The translations under genes and the position numbers were made by a program. Shown piece after piece: positions 9,713 through 18,270 of a stretch of DNA of 64,000 nt. The notes under the pieces are model-generated. The model saw only the letters and a list, made by a program, of their open reading frames with translations, did not search any database and was not told the DNA's origin. The first letter of the stretch is position 1, and the number at the start of each line of letters is the position of its first letter. Source of the DNA: an uncultured Actinomycetota bacterium (GTDB taxonomy: Bacteria > Actinomycetota > Actinomycetes > JAFAQI01); the NCBI GenBank assembly GCA_963770565.1, contig CAVYQE010000002.1, positions 656,672-720,671 of the forward strand, given 5' to 3'.

Positions 9713-10528
9713 TCCGTGAAGCTGTCCGTAGGTGGCCGCCGATGACCACCGATGACCGGCCTGGAAAGCGTTGATGCAGGTCAGGGCCTTGCGCCGGCCC
9801 GCGACGCACTTTGGCGGACAATCGCGGACGCCGCAACGTTGTGCGAGAACTGCAACTGAAACTGCAACTGGTGGCAACCGAGACAGTGACCCAGGCGACG
9901 ACGCCGGATGTGCGTCTGACAGCCCTCTCGTGGGTGAGGATCGAACCCATCGAGCAGGCCCAGGCTAAAGAGTGCCCGTGAACCCGCGCGGGCAGGCTCC
10001 TGACCTGCAACTTCACCGCAGAAGGCAGGATTTGAGCGTGGCTTCCTTACCGACCTGAACCGTGGCGAACATTTCCTGGCAGACGCTGATGCCCTGTGCA
10101 TCGAAATCACAATGGAGGTGCGGCGGCTCAGAACGGCACGCCCGCTCGGTGCGCGGTACGTACGCCGGAGGCTGCGGCGGCCAGCCATCGCTGGACGCCG
10201 CGGCGGAGTCCACGAACCCAGAACATGCCCCCGGGCGCTGGTGGGGCGCTCATGCGAGAGACGAGGTCGAGCATCAGAGGCGGCCTTTGTCGAAGCGGTC
10301 GGGGTCCGATGTGCCGGCCGCCTCGCTGACTCAGCGAGGGACCGCGACAGCCCAACAGTGCGAGTCGTTGACCGCGAGGAGCTCGACTCCGAGCAGGCTT
10401 GAACGCCAGACGGCGCTGCTTCCGCTCCCGCTCCGAGGCCGATGCATCCATCAAGTCCAGCAGATGCCGGTCAGATCAGCAACCGGTTGGGACGCCCGCA
10501 GCCGCGTCCTAACCCGCCCGGTCTCGCC

Positions 10529-12736
10529 TTAGTGCGAGAACCGCACCGTCGGCAGCGCGCGGCGTAGCCACCGCGGGCTGTACCAGGCGTTGTGACCTGT
10601 CAGGCGAAGGATCACAGGCAGGATGATCAACCGGATCGACAACGCGTCAAGGAAGACTGCCACCGCCAGGATGACGCCCATCTCCTTGGGTGCGAGCGGG
10701 CCGGACAGCGCGAATGTGAGAAAGACCGCAACCATGACGCCGGCAGCCGCGACGACTACCCGCCCCGAGGTCCGCAACGCGGTGCGCATCGCGTCGTACG
10801 GGTCGCCGGTCGCGTCGTAGTGCTCACGCGCGGCGGACAGCAAGAACAGCGTGTAGTCCATCGCGACGCCCGAGAGCATCGCTCCGAAGAACAGCGGTGC
10901 CCAGGCGTCCACAAACCCCTGCGGCTGGAAGTGAAGCAGCCCGGACAGGTGGCCGTCCTGGAAGATCAGCCGGGCGACACCGAACGCGGCTGCGATCGAG
11001 GCGAGGTTGGTGATCACACCGGCAAACGCGACAAGCGGGCTACCGAGCGCGACGAGCAGTAGCAGGAACCCGAGCAAGATCAGCAGACCGAAAACCAACG
11101 GCGTGCGTGCGCTGAGGACCTTCTGCAGGTCGTGGTTCTCGGCAGCAGCACCGCCGATCAGCGTGCCGGCCGGGAGCTCGGTACGGATCCGGTCGATGGT
11201 CGCTCCGGTCGTCGCGCTGGAAGCGTCTGTGGTTGGGACCGCAAGAAGCATCTCGTACCCGTGACTGGTGCCGCCTGGCATCACAGCAGCGATGCCTCGA
11301 TCGGCGCGAAGCGCACTGGTTGCCTCGCCGACCGACGAGCTCGGCGCCACGATTTGCAGGGTGCCCGGTGCGCCAGGACCGAACGCGCTCACGACCTGTT
11401 CATAGCCGGCGCGTGCCGACTGGTCCGCGGGCACGATCGCGATACTCGGCATCCCGGTGCGCAGGCCCAGCACGGGCCAGGCGAGCATCGCGAGAAGTGC
11501 GACCACAAACGACGCGGCCAGCCAGGGACGGCGGTGCAGCAGACCGCCCCACCGATGGAGCAGATTCTCCAGGCCGCGCGGGAGATGCGGCTCGTGGAAG
11601 TGTCGCCGTTCGAACGCCTTGATCTGCCTTCGCGCCTCGCCGAACGGGAGTGCTCCATTGTTGATCCGCGGGCCGAGTCGGCCGAGCACGGCGGGCAGCA
11701 GCGTCAGCGTCGCGGCAAGTACGGCGACAACGGCGAGCATGATCCCGAGCGCCATACTGCGGAACGCCGGGCTGGGCACGATCAGCACGGTCGACAGCGA
11801 CACGAGGACGGTCAGGCCGCTGAACGCGACCGCCTTGCCAGCGGTTGCCATCGTCTCGCCGACGGCACCAATCGCGTCGTCGCCACCACGGCGGGCCATC
11901 GCGTGACGAAACCGTACGACGATGAACAAGGCGTAGTCGATGCCGAGCGCAAGTGCAAACATCATGGCGAAGTTCAAGGCCCAGATGCTGATCGGTGCCA
12001 CCCTGGTCGCCACTACGAGAGCTCCCGCGGCGCTCAACAGCCCGACGAGGGTCAACATCAGTGGCAGGCCTGCTGCAACGAGGCTGCCGAAGGCAAGCAC
12101 GAGGACGGCCAGCGTGACCGGCCAGGAAAGGATCTCTGAGCGAATCATCGCCGAGTGATTCACCTTGTTGAAGTCCGACCACAACGCGCTGTCACCGGTG
12201 AGCTCCACTGACACCGACGAACTCGACAGCTTCGACAGGGGACCGGTCAGCGCGTCTGCGGCGCGAACCATGTCATTGGCGCCGGCTGCGGCACCGGCTT
12301 GGATCACCCCGGTCCGGCCATCACGTGAGAGGCTTACACCCGCAGTCGGACCGACCACTGTGCTCACTCGAGGGTCGGCGCGCAAGAGTTTCTCGACGCG
12401 GCTCACTGCCGCTTGAGCGGCCGGGTCCGTCGCGATTGGCCGGGTCGAGTCATGAACGACAACCTGCAGTGCAGTGGCGCTCAAACCGGCGAAGTCGCGG
12501 GCGATCACCGCACGAGCCTGGACCGACTGGCTCCCGTTCGCCTGCCACCCGGCTCCCGCTAAGGACGAGTCCACCTTAGGCGCGAACGCGCCGAAGCCAA
12601 CAAGAACGACCAACCAGCCGAGGAGCACGATCCGGAAGTGAGTGGCAGCCCACACGCCCAGCCGGGCCAGCCACGCCGGGCTCGGTGTCGCTGCGGGGCT
12701 CGGCGGGGTCGTCGCGCGCGGGGCGACGGTTGTCAT
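10529..12736 (-). CDS. MMPL-family (RND superfamily) membrane transporter
   Basis: 735 aa. N-terminal TM followed by a large periplasmic loop, twice-repeated six-TM bundles, typical MmpL architecture. Last gene of the cstB-like/cstR-like operon; AAGGAG RBS at 12741-12746. Confidence 0.85.
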   Translation of the reverse strand: MTTVAPRATTPPSPAATPSPAWLARLGVWAATHFRIVLLGWLVVLVGFGAFAPKVDSSLAGAGWQANGSQSVQARAVIARDFAGLSATALQVVVHDSTRPIATDPAAQAAVSRVEKLLRADPRVSTVVGPTAGVSLSRDGRTGVIQAGAAAGANDMVRAADALTGPLSKLSSSSVSVELTGDSALWSDFNKVNHSAMIRSEILSWPVTLAVLVLAFGSLVAAGLPLMLTLVGLLSAAGALVVATRVAPISIWALNFAMMFALALGIDYALFIVVRFRHAMARRGGDDAIGAVGETMATAGKAVAFSGLTVLVSLSTVLIVPSPAFRSMALGIMLAVVAVLAATLTLLPAVLGRLGPRINNGALPFGEARRQIKAFERRHFHEPHLPRGLENLLHRWGGLLHRRPWLAASFVVALLAMLAWPVLGLRTGMPSIAIVPADQSARAGYEQVVSAFGPGAPGTLQIVAPSSSVGEATSALRADRGIAAVMPGGTSHGYEMLLAVPTTDASSATTGATIDRIRTELPAGTLIGGAAAENHDLQKVLSARTPLVFGLLILLGFLLLLVALGSPLVAFAGVITNLASIAAAFGVARLIFQDGHLSGLLHFQPQGFVDAWAPLFFGAMLSGVAMDYTLFLLSAAREHYDATGDPYDAMRTALRTSGRVVVAAAGVMVAVFLTFALSGPLAPKEMGVILAVAVFLDALSIRLIILPVILRLTGHNAWYSPRWLRRALPTVRFSH

Positions 12737-12803
12737 GGTTCTCCTTACATTGCCCGGTAGGGTATCTGTGATCCACTAACGATCAGCTGCGTATTGAGTC
12801 CGA

Positions 12804-13079
12804 TCAGGCCAAGCTGAGAAAGAGCTTCTCCATCTGGTCCGGGCTCAACGGCTCAACCTCACCCGCGGCGGCCGCCGACATGCACTGCCGCATCCCAGAG
12901 GCGAGCAACTTGTAGCCGGCGCGGTCGAACGCCTTGCTCACCGCGGCCATCTGGGTCACGATGTCGGCGCAGTCCCGGCCGTCCTCGAGCATCCGGATCA
13001 CACCGCCGACCTGTCCCTCGATTCGGCGCAGGCGCTTGACGATCTCGTCGGTCGCGCCGTTGTCGAGCTCCATGTGCAT
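12804..13079 (-). CDS. CsoR/CstR/RcnR-family (DUF156) repressor, CstR-like (two Cys, no metal-ligand His)
   Basis: MHMELDNGATDEIVKRLRRIEGQVGGVIRMLEDGRDCADIVTQMAAVSKAFDRAGYKLLASGMRQCMSAAAAGEVE...: conserved RxxGQxxGxxxM, a first Cys in ...DC.DIV.Q..A and a second Cys 29 residues later; no His four residues before the second Cys. GGAAGGA RBS. The upstream part of the track ORF 12804..13367 is not coding. Confidence 0.85.
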   Translation of the reverse strand: MHMELDNGATDEIVKRLRRIEGQVGGVIRMLEDGRDCADIVTQMAAVSKAFDRAGYKLLASGMRQCMSAAAAGEVEPLSPDQMEKLFLSLA

Positions 13080-13107
13080 TTCCTTCCTCAGCGATGTCGA
13101 TCTGACC

Positions 13108-14484
13108 TCACGTCGCGACCAACTGGCACCACGCCGTGTAGCCACCGAGCAGATCCGAGACGTCACGGGCACCGGCGCGCGCAAGGACGCTCGACGCCAC
13201 GATCGAGCGCCAACCAGTCGCGCAGTACACGAGGATAGGTTTGTCGAGGTCGAGTTCCGCGACCCGGCTCGGCAACTCGGCCAGCGGGATCGCGACGGCG
13301 CCGGAGAGCATGCCAGCGGCACGCTCGGTGGGGTTGCGCAGGTCGACAAGTTGAAGCTCGTCGACATTGTCGATGGCGTTCAGCGCCTCGGCGACGGTCA
13401 ACCGGCTCGAACGCGCAGTCTGTGCCGGGTCGGCACCCAGGAGACCGATCGGGTCGGCGACGTAGCCAATGACGTTGTCGTATCCGATCCGGGCGAGCCG
13501 CATCGCGTCACGTTGCTCCGCGCCGGTGGGACTGAGCAAGATCACCCTCGTTTCGGGTGGGAGCACGGACCCCACCGTCTCCGCGAGCCTGCCCTCGCCG
13601 CTCACGTTGACGGATCCGCTGAGATGCCCGGCGGCGTACTCCCCCGGCTCGCGGGTATCGAGCACGACGGCACCGGTCACCCGTTCTGCCTCGACGGTGG
13701 CCAGGTCCAGCGCCGGAACGGTCCGTGCGCCGTCTAGGCGTTCGTGATCCTGCCGGTTGAGCAGGGCGTTGAAGCCGAAATAGCCGGGTGCCGCCGGTTG
13801 GTCGGCGGTGACGATCGCGACGAACTGGTCCTCGGCCATCGGCCGGCATGCGTAGTTGAGAACTCGCTGCTCACCGATGGTCGACTGGCGCTCGGTCGAG
13901 AGGTTCTTGCCGCAGGCTGAGCCCGCACCGTGGGCAGGGAAAACGCGCACGGAATCGGGCAGACCCATGAGCTTGACCTGCACCGACTGGTACAGCCGGC
14001 GGGCGAGCTCGTCGGCGGTCACTCCCACCGAGGCCAGCAAGTCGGGTCTTCCGACATCGCCGATGAACAGCGCGTCGCCGGTGAGGACGCCCCACGGCAC
14101 CTCGTCAACAGCATGTTCGTAGACCAGCACGCTGATTGATTCCGGGGTGTGGCCTGGAGTCGCCATGATCTCGAGCGTCACGTCGCCGAGGTCGATCCGC
14201 TCACCATCGCGAAGGGCGCGGAACGCGAAGTCCGGCGCCGCCTCCTGACCGAAGCCGATCCAGGCACCCGTCGCAGCGGCGAGCTCCAAGTGCCCCGCGA
14301 CGAAGTCGGCGTGGAAATGGGTGTCGATCACCCCGACGATGGTCAGCCCCGCGCTGGCCGCCTCGGCGAGGTAGTCCTCGACGTCCCGACGCGGGTCGAC
14401 GACGACGGCGTGACGAGACGCCTCGTCAGCGATGAGGTACGACGCCTGCGACAGGCACTCGATGTAGTGCTGCGTAAAGATCAC
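13108..14484 (-). CDS. CstB-like persulfide dioxygenase (MBL fold) fused to two rhodanese domains
   Basis: The N-terminus VIFTQHYIECLSQASYLIADE... aligns with the CstB/ETHE1 start. Metal motif THFHADFVAGH. C-terminal rhodanese with active Cys (VYCATGWRS) preceded by an inactive rhodanese-like domain. GTG start at 14484 with GGAGG 5 nt upstream; the alternative is a leaderless ATG at 14505. Confidence 0.85.
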   Translation of the reverse strand: MIFTQHYIECLSQASYLIADEASRHAVVVDPRRDVEDYLAEAASAGLTIVGVIDTHFHADFVAGHLELAAATGAWIGFGQEAAPDFAFRALRDGERIDLGDVTLEIMATPGHTPESISVLVYEHAVDEVPWGVLTGDALFIGDVGRPDLLASVGVTADELARRLYQSVQVKLMGLPDSVRVFPAHGAGSACGKNLSTERQSTIGEQRVLNYACRPMAEDQFVAIVTADQPAAPGYFGFNALLNRQDHERLDGARTVPALDLATVEAERVTGAVVLDTREPGEYAAGHLSGSVNVSGEGRLAETVGSVLPPETRVILLSPTGAEQRDAMRLARIGYDNVIGYVADPIGLLGADPAQTARSSRLTVAEALNAIDNVDELQLVDLRNPTERAAGMLSGAVAIPLAELPSRVAELDLDKPILVYCATGWRSIVASSVLARAGARDVSDLLGGYTAWCQLVAT

Positions 14485-14503
14485 TTCTGCCTCCGCTGCT
14501 ACC

Positions 14504-14520
14504 ATACCCCGTGAGGTATA
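14504..14520. promoter_or_regulatory. CsoR/CstR-type operator op1 (ATACCCCGTGAGGTATA), 20 bp upstream of the cstB-like start
   Basis: TACCC-N4-AGGTA palindrome (right half-site 4/5). Same family as op2-op6. Overlaps the alternative ATG at 14505. Confidence 0.7.
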
Positions 14521-14745
14521 TGTTGTCGACTCGAAGGAGCTTCTTGTGTGCATGCCCACTACGTGCCGTGATTGCGGCAAGACGACCTGGCGCGGCTGTG
14601 GCCAGCACGTCGACGCCGTCATGGCCGGTGTGCAAACGTCCCAACGCTGCACTTGCCCCCGGTCGACCCGCTCATCGCGGTCAGTGCTGACCCGACTGAT
14701 CGGTCGGACCTCCGCGTAGGCGATGGCGGGCCTCGACGGAGTGTG

Positions 14746-15912
14746 CTACTCGAGCTTGAGCAACGCCATCAGCCGTTCGGCAACCTGACCGCCCGCGTCG
14801 ATCGCGACGTCAACCGCATCGCTCACCCGCAGGTCGTCACGCAGCAACGAGCGGACCTCCGCCATTGTCGTGTCAGCGGCCGCGTTGGGGCGGCCGGCGG
14901 CGGACCGCAGCGCCTCGAGACGATCTGCGGCGCGCACCAGGCACGACCGGTCGTACTGCCAACTCTCAGACCACGGGCGGTCAAGCAACATGGTGCGAAT
15001 GACGCCAGCCGAGTGATCCGCGAGCAGGTCGCGCACTAGCACAAGGTTTCCCACGGACTTCGCCATCTTCACGCCGTCGACATTTACCACTCCGACGCGA
15101 AACCATCGGCGCGCGTAGGGTCGCACTCCGGTCAACGCCTCACCGATCGCCGCCTCGAATGCGTGATGGGGGTAGCGCAGGTCGGCACCGCCGGCGTGGA
15201 TGTCGACGCCCAGCCCGAACGTGCTGAGCACCATCGCAGTGCACCCGGCGTGCCAGCCTGGACGGCCCGGACCCCATGGGCTGTCCCATCGCTGGTCGGC
15301 CCCGGTCGAGGCCTGCCACAAAGCAGCGTCCAGCGGCTGCCGCTTCGCCGGGTCGGCCAGGTTGCCGCCGTACTCCGCGGCGAGCGCGAGCGCATCGGCC
15401 TCGGATAGACCTTCGGACTCGGCGATTCCCGTACCGGGCAGGTAGACGCTGCCCTCGCTGACGTAGGCGGCTCCACTCTCAACGAGGGCCGCCGCGAGCG
15501 CCACCACCTGGCTGATGTGGTGACGAGCGCGAGGCTCGTGATGCGGCCGGGAGACCCGCAGCGCTGCCATGTCAGCATCGAAGTGGTACTGCTGCAGGTA
15601 GGCGAAGGTGTCGTTCGGGGTGCCCGCACGGTCGGCCGCAGCGCTGAGCACGTCGTCGATGTCGGTGACGTTCCGGCAGACGATCGGGGTGGTGCGACTG
15701 TCGGCGAGCACGGCCGTGAGGACGTCGACCCAGACGTACGTCGCGGCGTGACCCAGATGCGTGACGTCGTAGGGGGTGATCCCGCAGACGTAGAGGCGCG
15801 CCCGGTCGATCATGGGCAGCGGCGATCCGGCGATCGACATCGGTTCTGGCGGGGCGGCGGTCGGGTAGACGATCTGCACGCCCCCATGATCCTCCGCGCC
15901 GCGGCGGCTCAT
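14746..15912 (-). CDS. MshC-like cysteine ligase (class I aminoacyl-tRNA-synthetase-like, CysRS paralogue lacking an anticodon-binding domain)
   Basis: HIGH-type motif CGITPYDVTHLGHAATYV and KMSKS-type motif KMAKSVGN. 388 aa. Strong local similarity to my recollection of mycobacterial MshC (FGPGRPGWH..., DMAALRV...). Start overlaps the Nudix stop (ATGA coupling). Confidence 0.75.
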   Translation of the reverse strand: MSRRGAEDHGGVQIVYPTAAPPEPMSIAGSPLPMIDRARLYVCGITPYDVTHLGHAATYVWVDVLTAVLADSRTTPIVCRNVTDIDDVLSAAADRAGTPNDTFAYLQQYHFDADMAALRVSRPHHEPRARHHISQVVALAAALVESGAAYVSEGSVYLPGTGIAESEGLSEADALALAAEYGGNLADPAKRQPLDAALWQASTGADQRWDSPWGPGRPGWHAGCTAMVLSTFGLGVDIHAGGADLRYPHHAFEAAIGEALTGVRPYARRWFRVGVVNVDGVKMAKSVGNLVLVRDLLADHSAGVIRTMLLDRPWSESWQYDRSCLVRAADRLEALRSAAGRPNAAADTTMAEVRSLLRDDLRVSDAVDVAIDAGGQVAERLMALLKLE

Positions 15913-16364
15913 CGACCGGTCGACGTACTTGGTACGGCAGTGAGGAGGAACTCGCGCTGCTCATCGTGCATCAGTGGCGGGAGCTCGCGGAACCAGCCGT
16001 AGGCCCGGGCCGCGTCATCCAGCTCGATCGTCCCGGTCCATTCGGTGACCTTGAAAGCGATGCCCACCGGGCTGTCCAGGTTGTTGTTGTAGTGGCTGGG
16101 GTACTCGATGTACCCGAGGAGCTCGGCGCGATCCACCGATATCCCGAGTTCCCCCCTCGCGACCCGGGCGACCGCGTCGGTCAGCGGCTCTCCGAATCGG
16201 ACCGTGCCGCCCGGCAGGTGCCACAAGCCTCGGCAGGGCTCGGCATCGCGTCTGGTGAGGAGAACCCCGCGCTCGGAGACCAGCACGACTTCCACAGTCA
16301 GCCGGGGAACCTTGCGGTAAATCGTCCAGAACTCCCGCTCGGACAGCGGGTGGTCCACGTCCAT
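15909..16364 (-). CDS. NUDIX hydrolase
   Basis: Nudix box GLWHLPGGTVRFGEPLTDAVARVARGELG. About 151 aa from the ATG at 16364; the longer track ORF would place the operator inside the coding sequence. First gene of a two-gene operon with the MshC-like ligase. Confidence 0.7.
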   Translation of the reverse strand: MDVDHPLSEREFWTIYRKVPRLTVEVVLVSERGVLLTRRDAEPCRGLWHLPGGTVRFGEPLTDAVARVARGELGISVDRAELLGYIEYPSHYNNNLDSPVGIAFKVTEWTGTIELDDAARAYGWFRELPPLMHDEQREFLLTAVPSTSTGR

Positions 16365-16415
16365 CTCATCAGTCAACGCTCGTTCGCCCCTCGCGTAATA
16401 GGGTCTTAGGTCTCT

Positions 16416-16431
16416 ATACCCACAGGGGTAT
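16416..16431. promoter_or_regulatory. CsoR/CstR-type operator op2 (ATACCCACAGGGGTAT) in the divergent nudix / sqr intergenic region
   Basis: Perfect TACCC-N4-GGGTA palindrome. 52 bp upstream of Nudix ATG 16364 and 74 bp upstream of SQR ATG 16505. Confidence 0.8.
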
Positions 16432-16504
16432 CCCTGGTAGACCGGGGGCATCGTGAGGAAAGCCTGCCCGTTGGACGGTTGGCTCGTCCGCCAAGGAGCA
16501 CCTG

Positions 16505-17965
16505 ATGGCTCGTGTCGTTGTCCTCGGCGCTGGGATCTCCGGCCACACCGCCGCACTCCACCTTCGCCGGCTCCTCGCTCGGCGCCACGAGGTCGTCGTC
16601 GTCTCACCGAATGCCGACTACAACTGGATCCCTTCAAACATCTGGGTCGGCGTCGGACGGATGGATGTTGACCAGGTCACCTTCCCGCTTGCGCCCGTGT
16701 ACCGGAGAAAAGGTATCGACTTTCGGCAAGCCCGGGCGGTCGAGCTCTGGCCAGAAGGCGACGACTCGAACGCCCAAGGTGCGGTCGAGATCGAGTACAC
16801 CCTTCCCCATCGGTCCGGCGAGCATGAACGACTCGCCTACGACTTCCTGATCAACGCGACCGGCCCCAAGCTGAACTTTGCGGCGACGCCGGGCCTCGGC
16901 CCGGAAGGAGGACACTCCCTGTCCGTTTGTACGGCACAGCATGCATCGGCCACCGCGGCCAAGTTCGCCGAGGTCATCGCGGCGCTTGAACGCGGCGAGA
17001 CCCGGCGCCTCGTGATCGGGGTAGGCCACGGCACGTGCACGTGCGAGGGCGCCGCTTTCGAGTACGCCTTCAACGTCGAGCACGAGCTACGGTCCCGCGG
17101 CCTCCGCGAGCGCGCCGAGGTGACCTACCTCACCAACGAGCACGAACTCGGTGACTTCGGCGTCGGCGGCATGACGTTCGCGCAGCACGGCTTTCTCACG
17201 ACCAGTCAACTGTGGACGGAGTCGCTGTTCATGGAGCGCGACGTCAAGGCGGTCGTCGGCGCACATGTGCAGCGGGTCGAGCCGGGCAAGTTGTTCTACG
17301 AAACCCTCGACGGCGAGGAGGGCGCGCTGGAGTTCGACTTCGCGATGCTGCTGCCGCCCTTCCGCGGCCAGGATCTCAAGGCGTACGACCACAGGGGCGC
17401 CGACATCACGAGCGAGATGTTTGCCCCGAACGGTTTCCTGAAAGTCGACGCTGACTACAGCCCAAAGCCGTACAACGAGTGGAAGGCGGCAGACTGGCCG
17501 AGGACGTACGTGACTCCGAAGTACCCGAACGTGTTCGGTGTGGGGATCGCATTTGCCCCACCGCACCCGATTTCGAAGCCACGAACCTCACCCGGCGGCA
17601 CCGTGATCTCGCCGGCTCCGCCCCGCACCGGAATGCCGTCAGGGCTGATGGGACGTCAGGTGGCACGCAGCATCGCGGACATGATCAACACCGGCGCGAC
17701 GACGCCCACCCACACTGCGTCGATGGCGGACATGGGTGCGGCCTGTGTGGCATCGGCCGGCGCTGGCTTTCGCAAGGGCACGGCGGCCTCCATGACGATG
17801 TACCCAGTCGTCCCGGACACCGACCGGTTCCCCGGCTACGGCCGCAGCCTCACCGATACGACCGGCGAGCTCGGACTAGCCGGGCACTGGATCAAGCACA
17901 TGCTGCACGTGATGTTCATCTACAAGGCCAAGGGCCGTCCAGGCTGGTCCCTGATCCCGGAGTGA
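16505..17965 (+). CDS. sqr: Sulfide:quinone oxidoreductase (FAD-dependent pyridine nucleotide-disulfide oxidoreductase family)
   Basis: N-terminal Rossmann VVVLGAGISGHTAA; conserved SQR Cys region GTCTCEGAAFEYA; 486 aa. AAGGAG RBS. Confidence 0.85.
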   Translation: MARVVVLGAGISGHTAALHLRRLLARRHEVVVVSPNADYNWIPSNIWVGVGRMDVDQVTFPLAPVYRRKGIDFRQARAVELWPEGDDSNAQGAVEIEYTLPHRSGEHERLAYDFLINATGPKLNFAATPGLGPEGGHSLSVCTAQHASATAAKFAEVIAALERGETRRLVIGVGHGTCTCEGAAFEYAFNVEHELRSRGLRERAEVTYLTNEHELGDFGVGGMTFAQHGFLTTSQLWTESLFMERDVKAVVGAHVQRVEPGKLFYETLDGEEGALEFDFAMLLPPFRGQDLKAYDHRGADITSEMFAPNGFLKVDADYSPKPYNEWKAADWPRTYVTPKYPNVFGVGIAFAPPHPISKPRTSPGGTVISPAPPRTGMPSGLMGRQVARSIADMINTGATTPTHTASMADMGAACVASAGAGFRKGTAASMTMYPVVPDTDRFPGYGRSLTDTTGELGLAGHWIKHMLHVMFIYKAKGRPGWSLIPE

Positions 17966-17973
17966 GGAGCCCG

Positions 17974-18192
17974 ATGACCGAGAACAATGCCGCGGCCTCG
18001 TCCGCGCAGCCCACAGCGGGCGGGTCCGCGACGGATCACGTGCGCGCGGTCGGCGAGGTCGCTGACTCCCTGGCGCCGATGCCGACCAGACGGACGATTC
18101 GGATCCGAACGTTCCTGCCCTATCAGGCGTACCGCTTCGGTGTCATCAACCTCAAGATGCTCAAGGTGACCCGTCGCTCCCAGTCAAGGTGA
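17974..18192 (+). CDS. Small hypothetical protein translationally coupled to sqr
   Basis: 72 aa. GAGGAG lies 5 nt upstream of the ATG at 17974, 8 nt after the sqr stop. No recognisable domain. Confidence 0.4.
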   Translation: MTENNAAASSAQPTAGGSATDHVRAVGEVADSLAPMPTRRTIRIRTFLPYQAYRFGVINLKMLKVTRRSQSR

Positions 18193-18270
18193 GCCTGGCG
18201 ACCCCGGGTCTCGACCTAATGTTCGGACATTTCCTTGACCCGAGCGAGTAAATGTCCGTACATTGAGTGA

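Noticed and set aside
9901-9960. tRNA-like T-arm fragment (GGATCGAACCC) suggesting another tRNA gene or remnant
   Set aside because: Cannot be folded into a cloverleaf: no matching acceptor or anticodon stems. Mentioned only as a possible relic near the island boundary.
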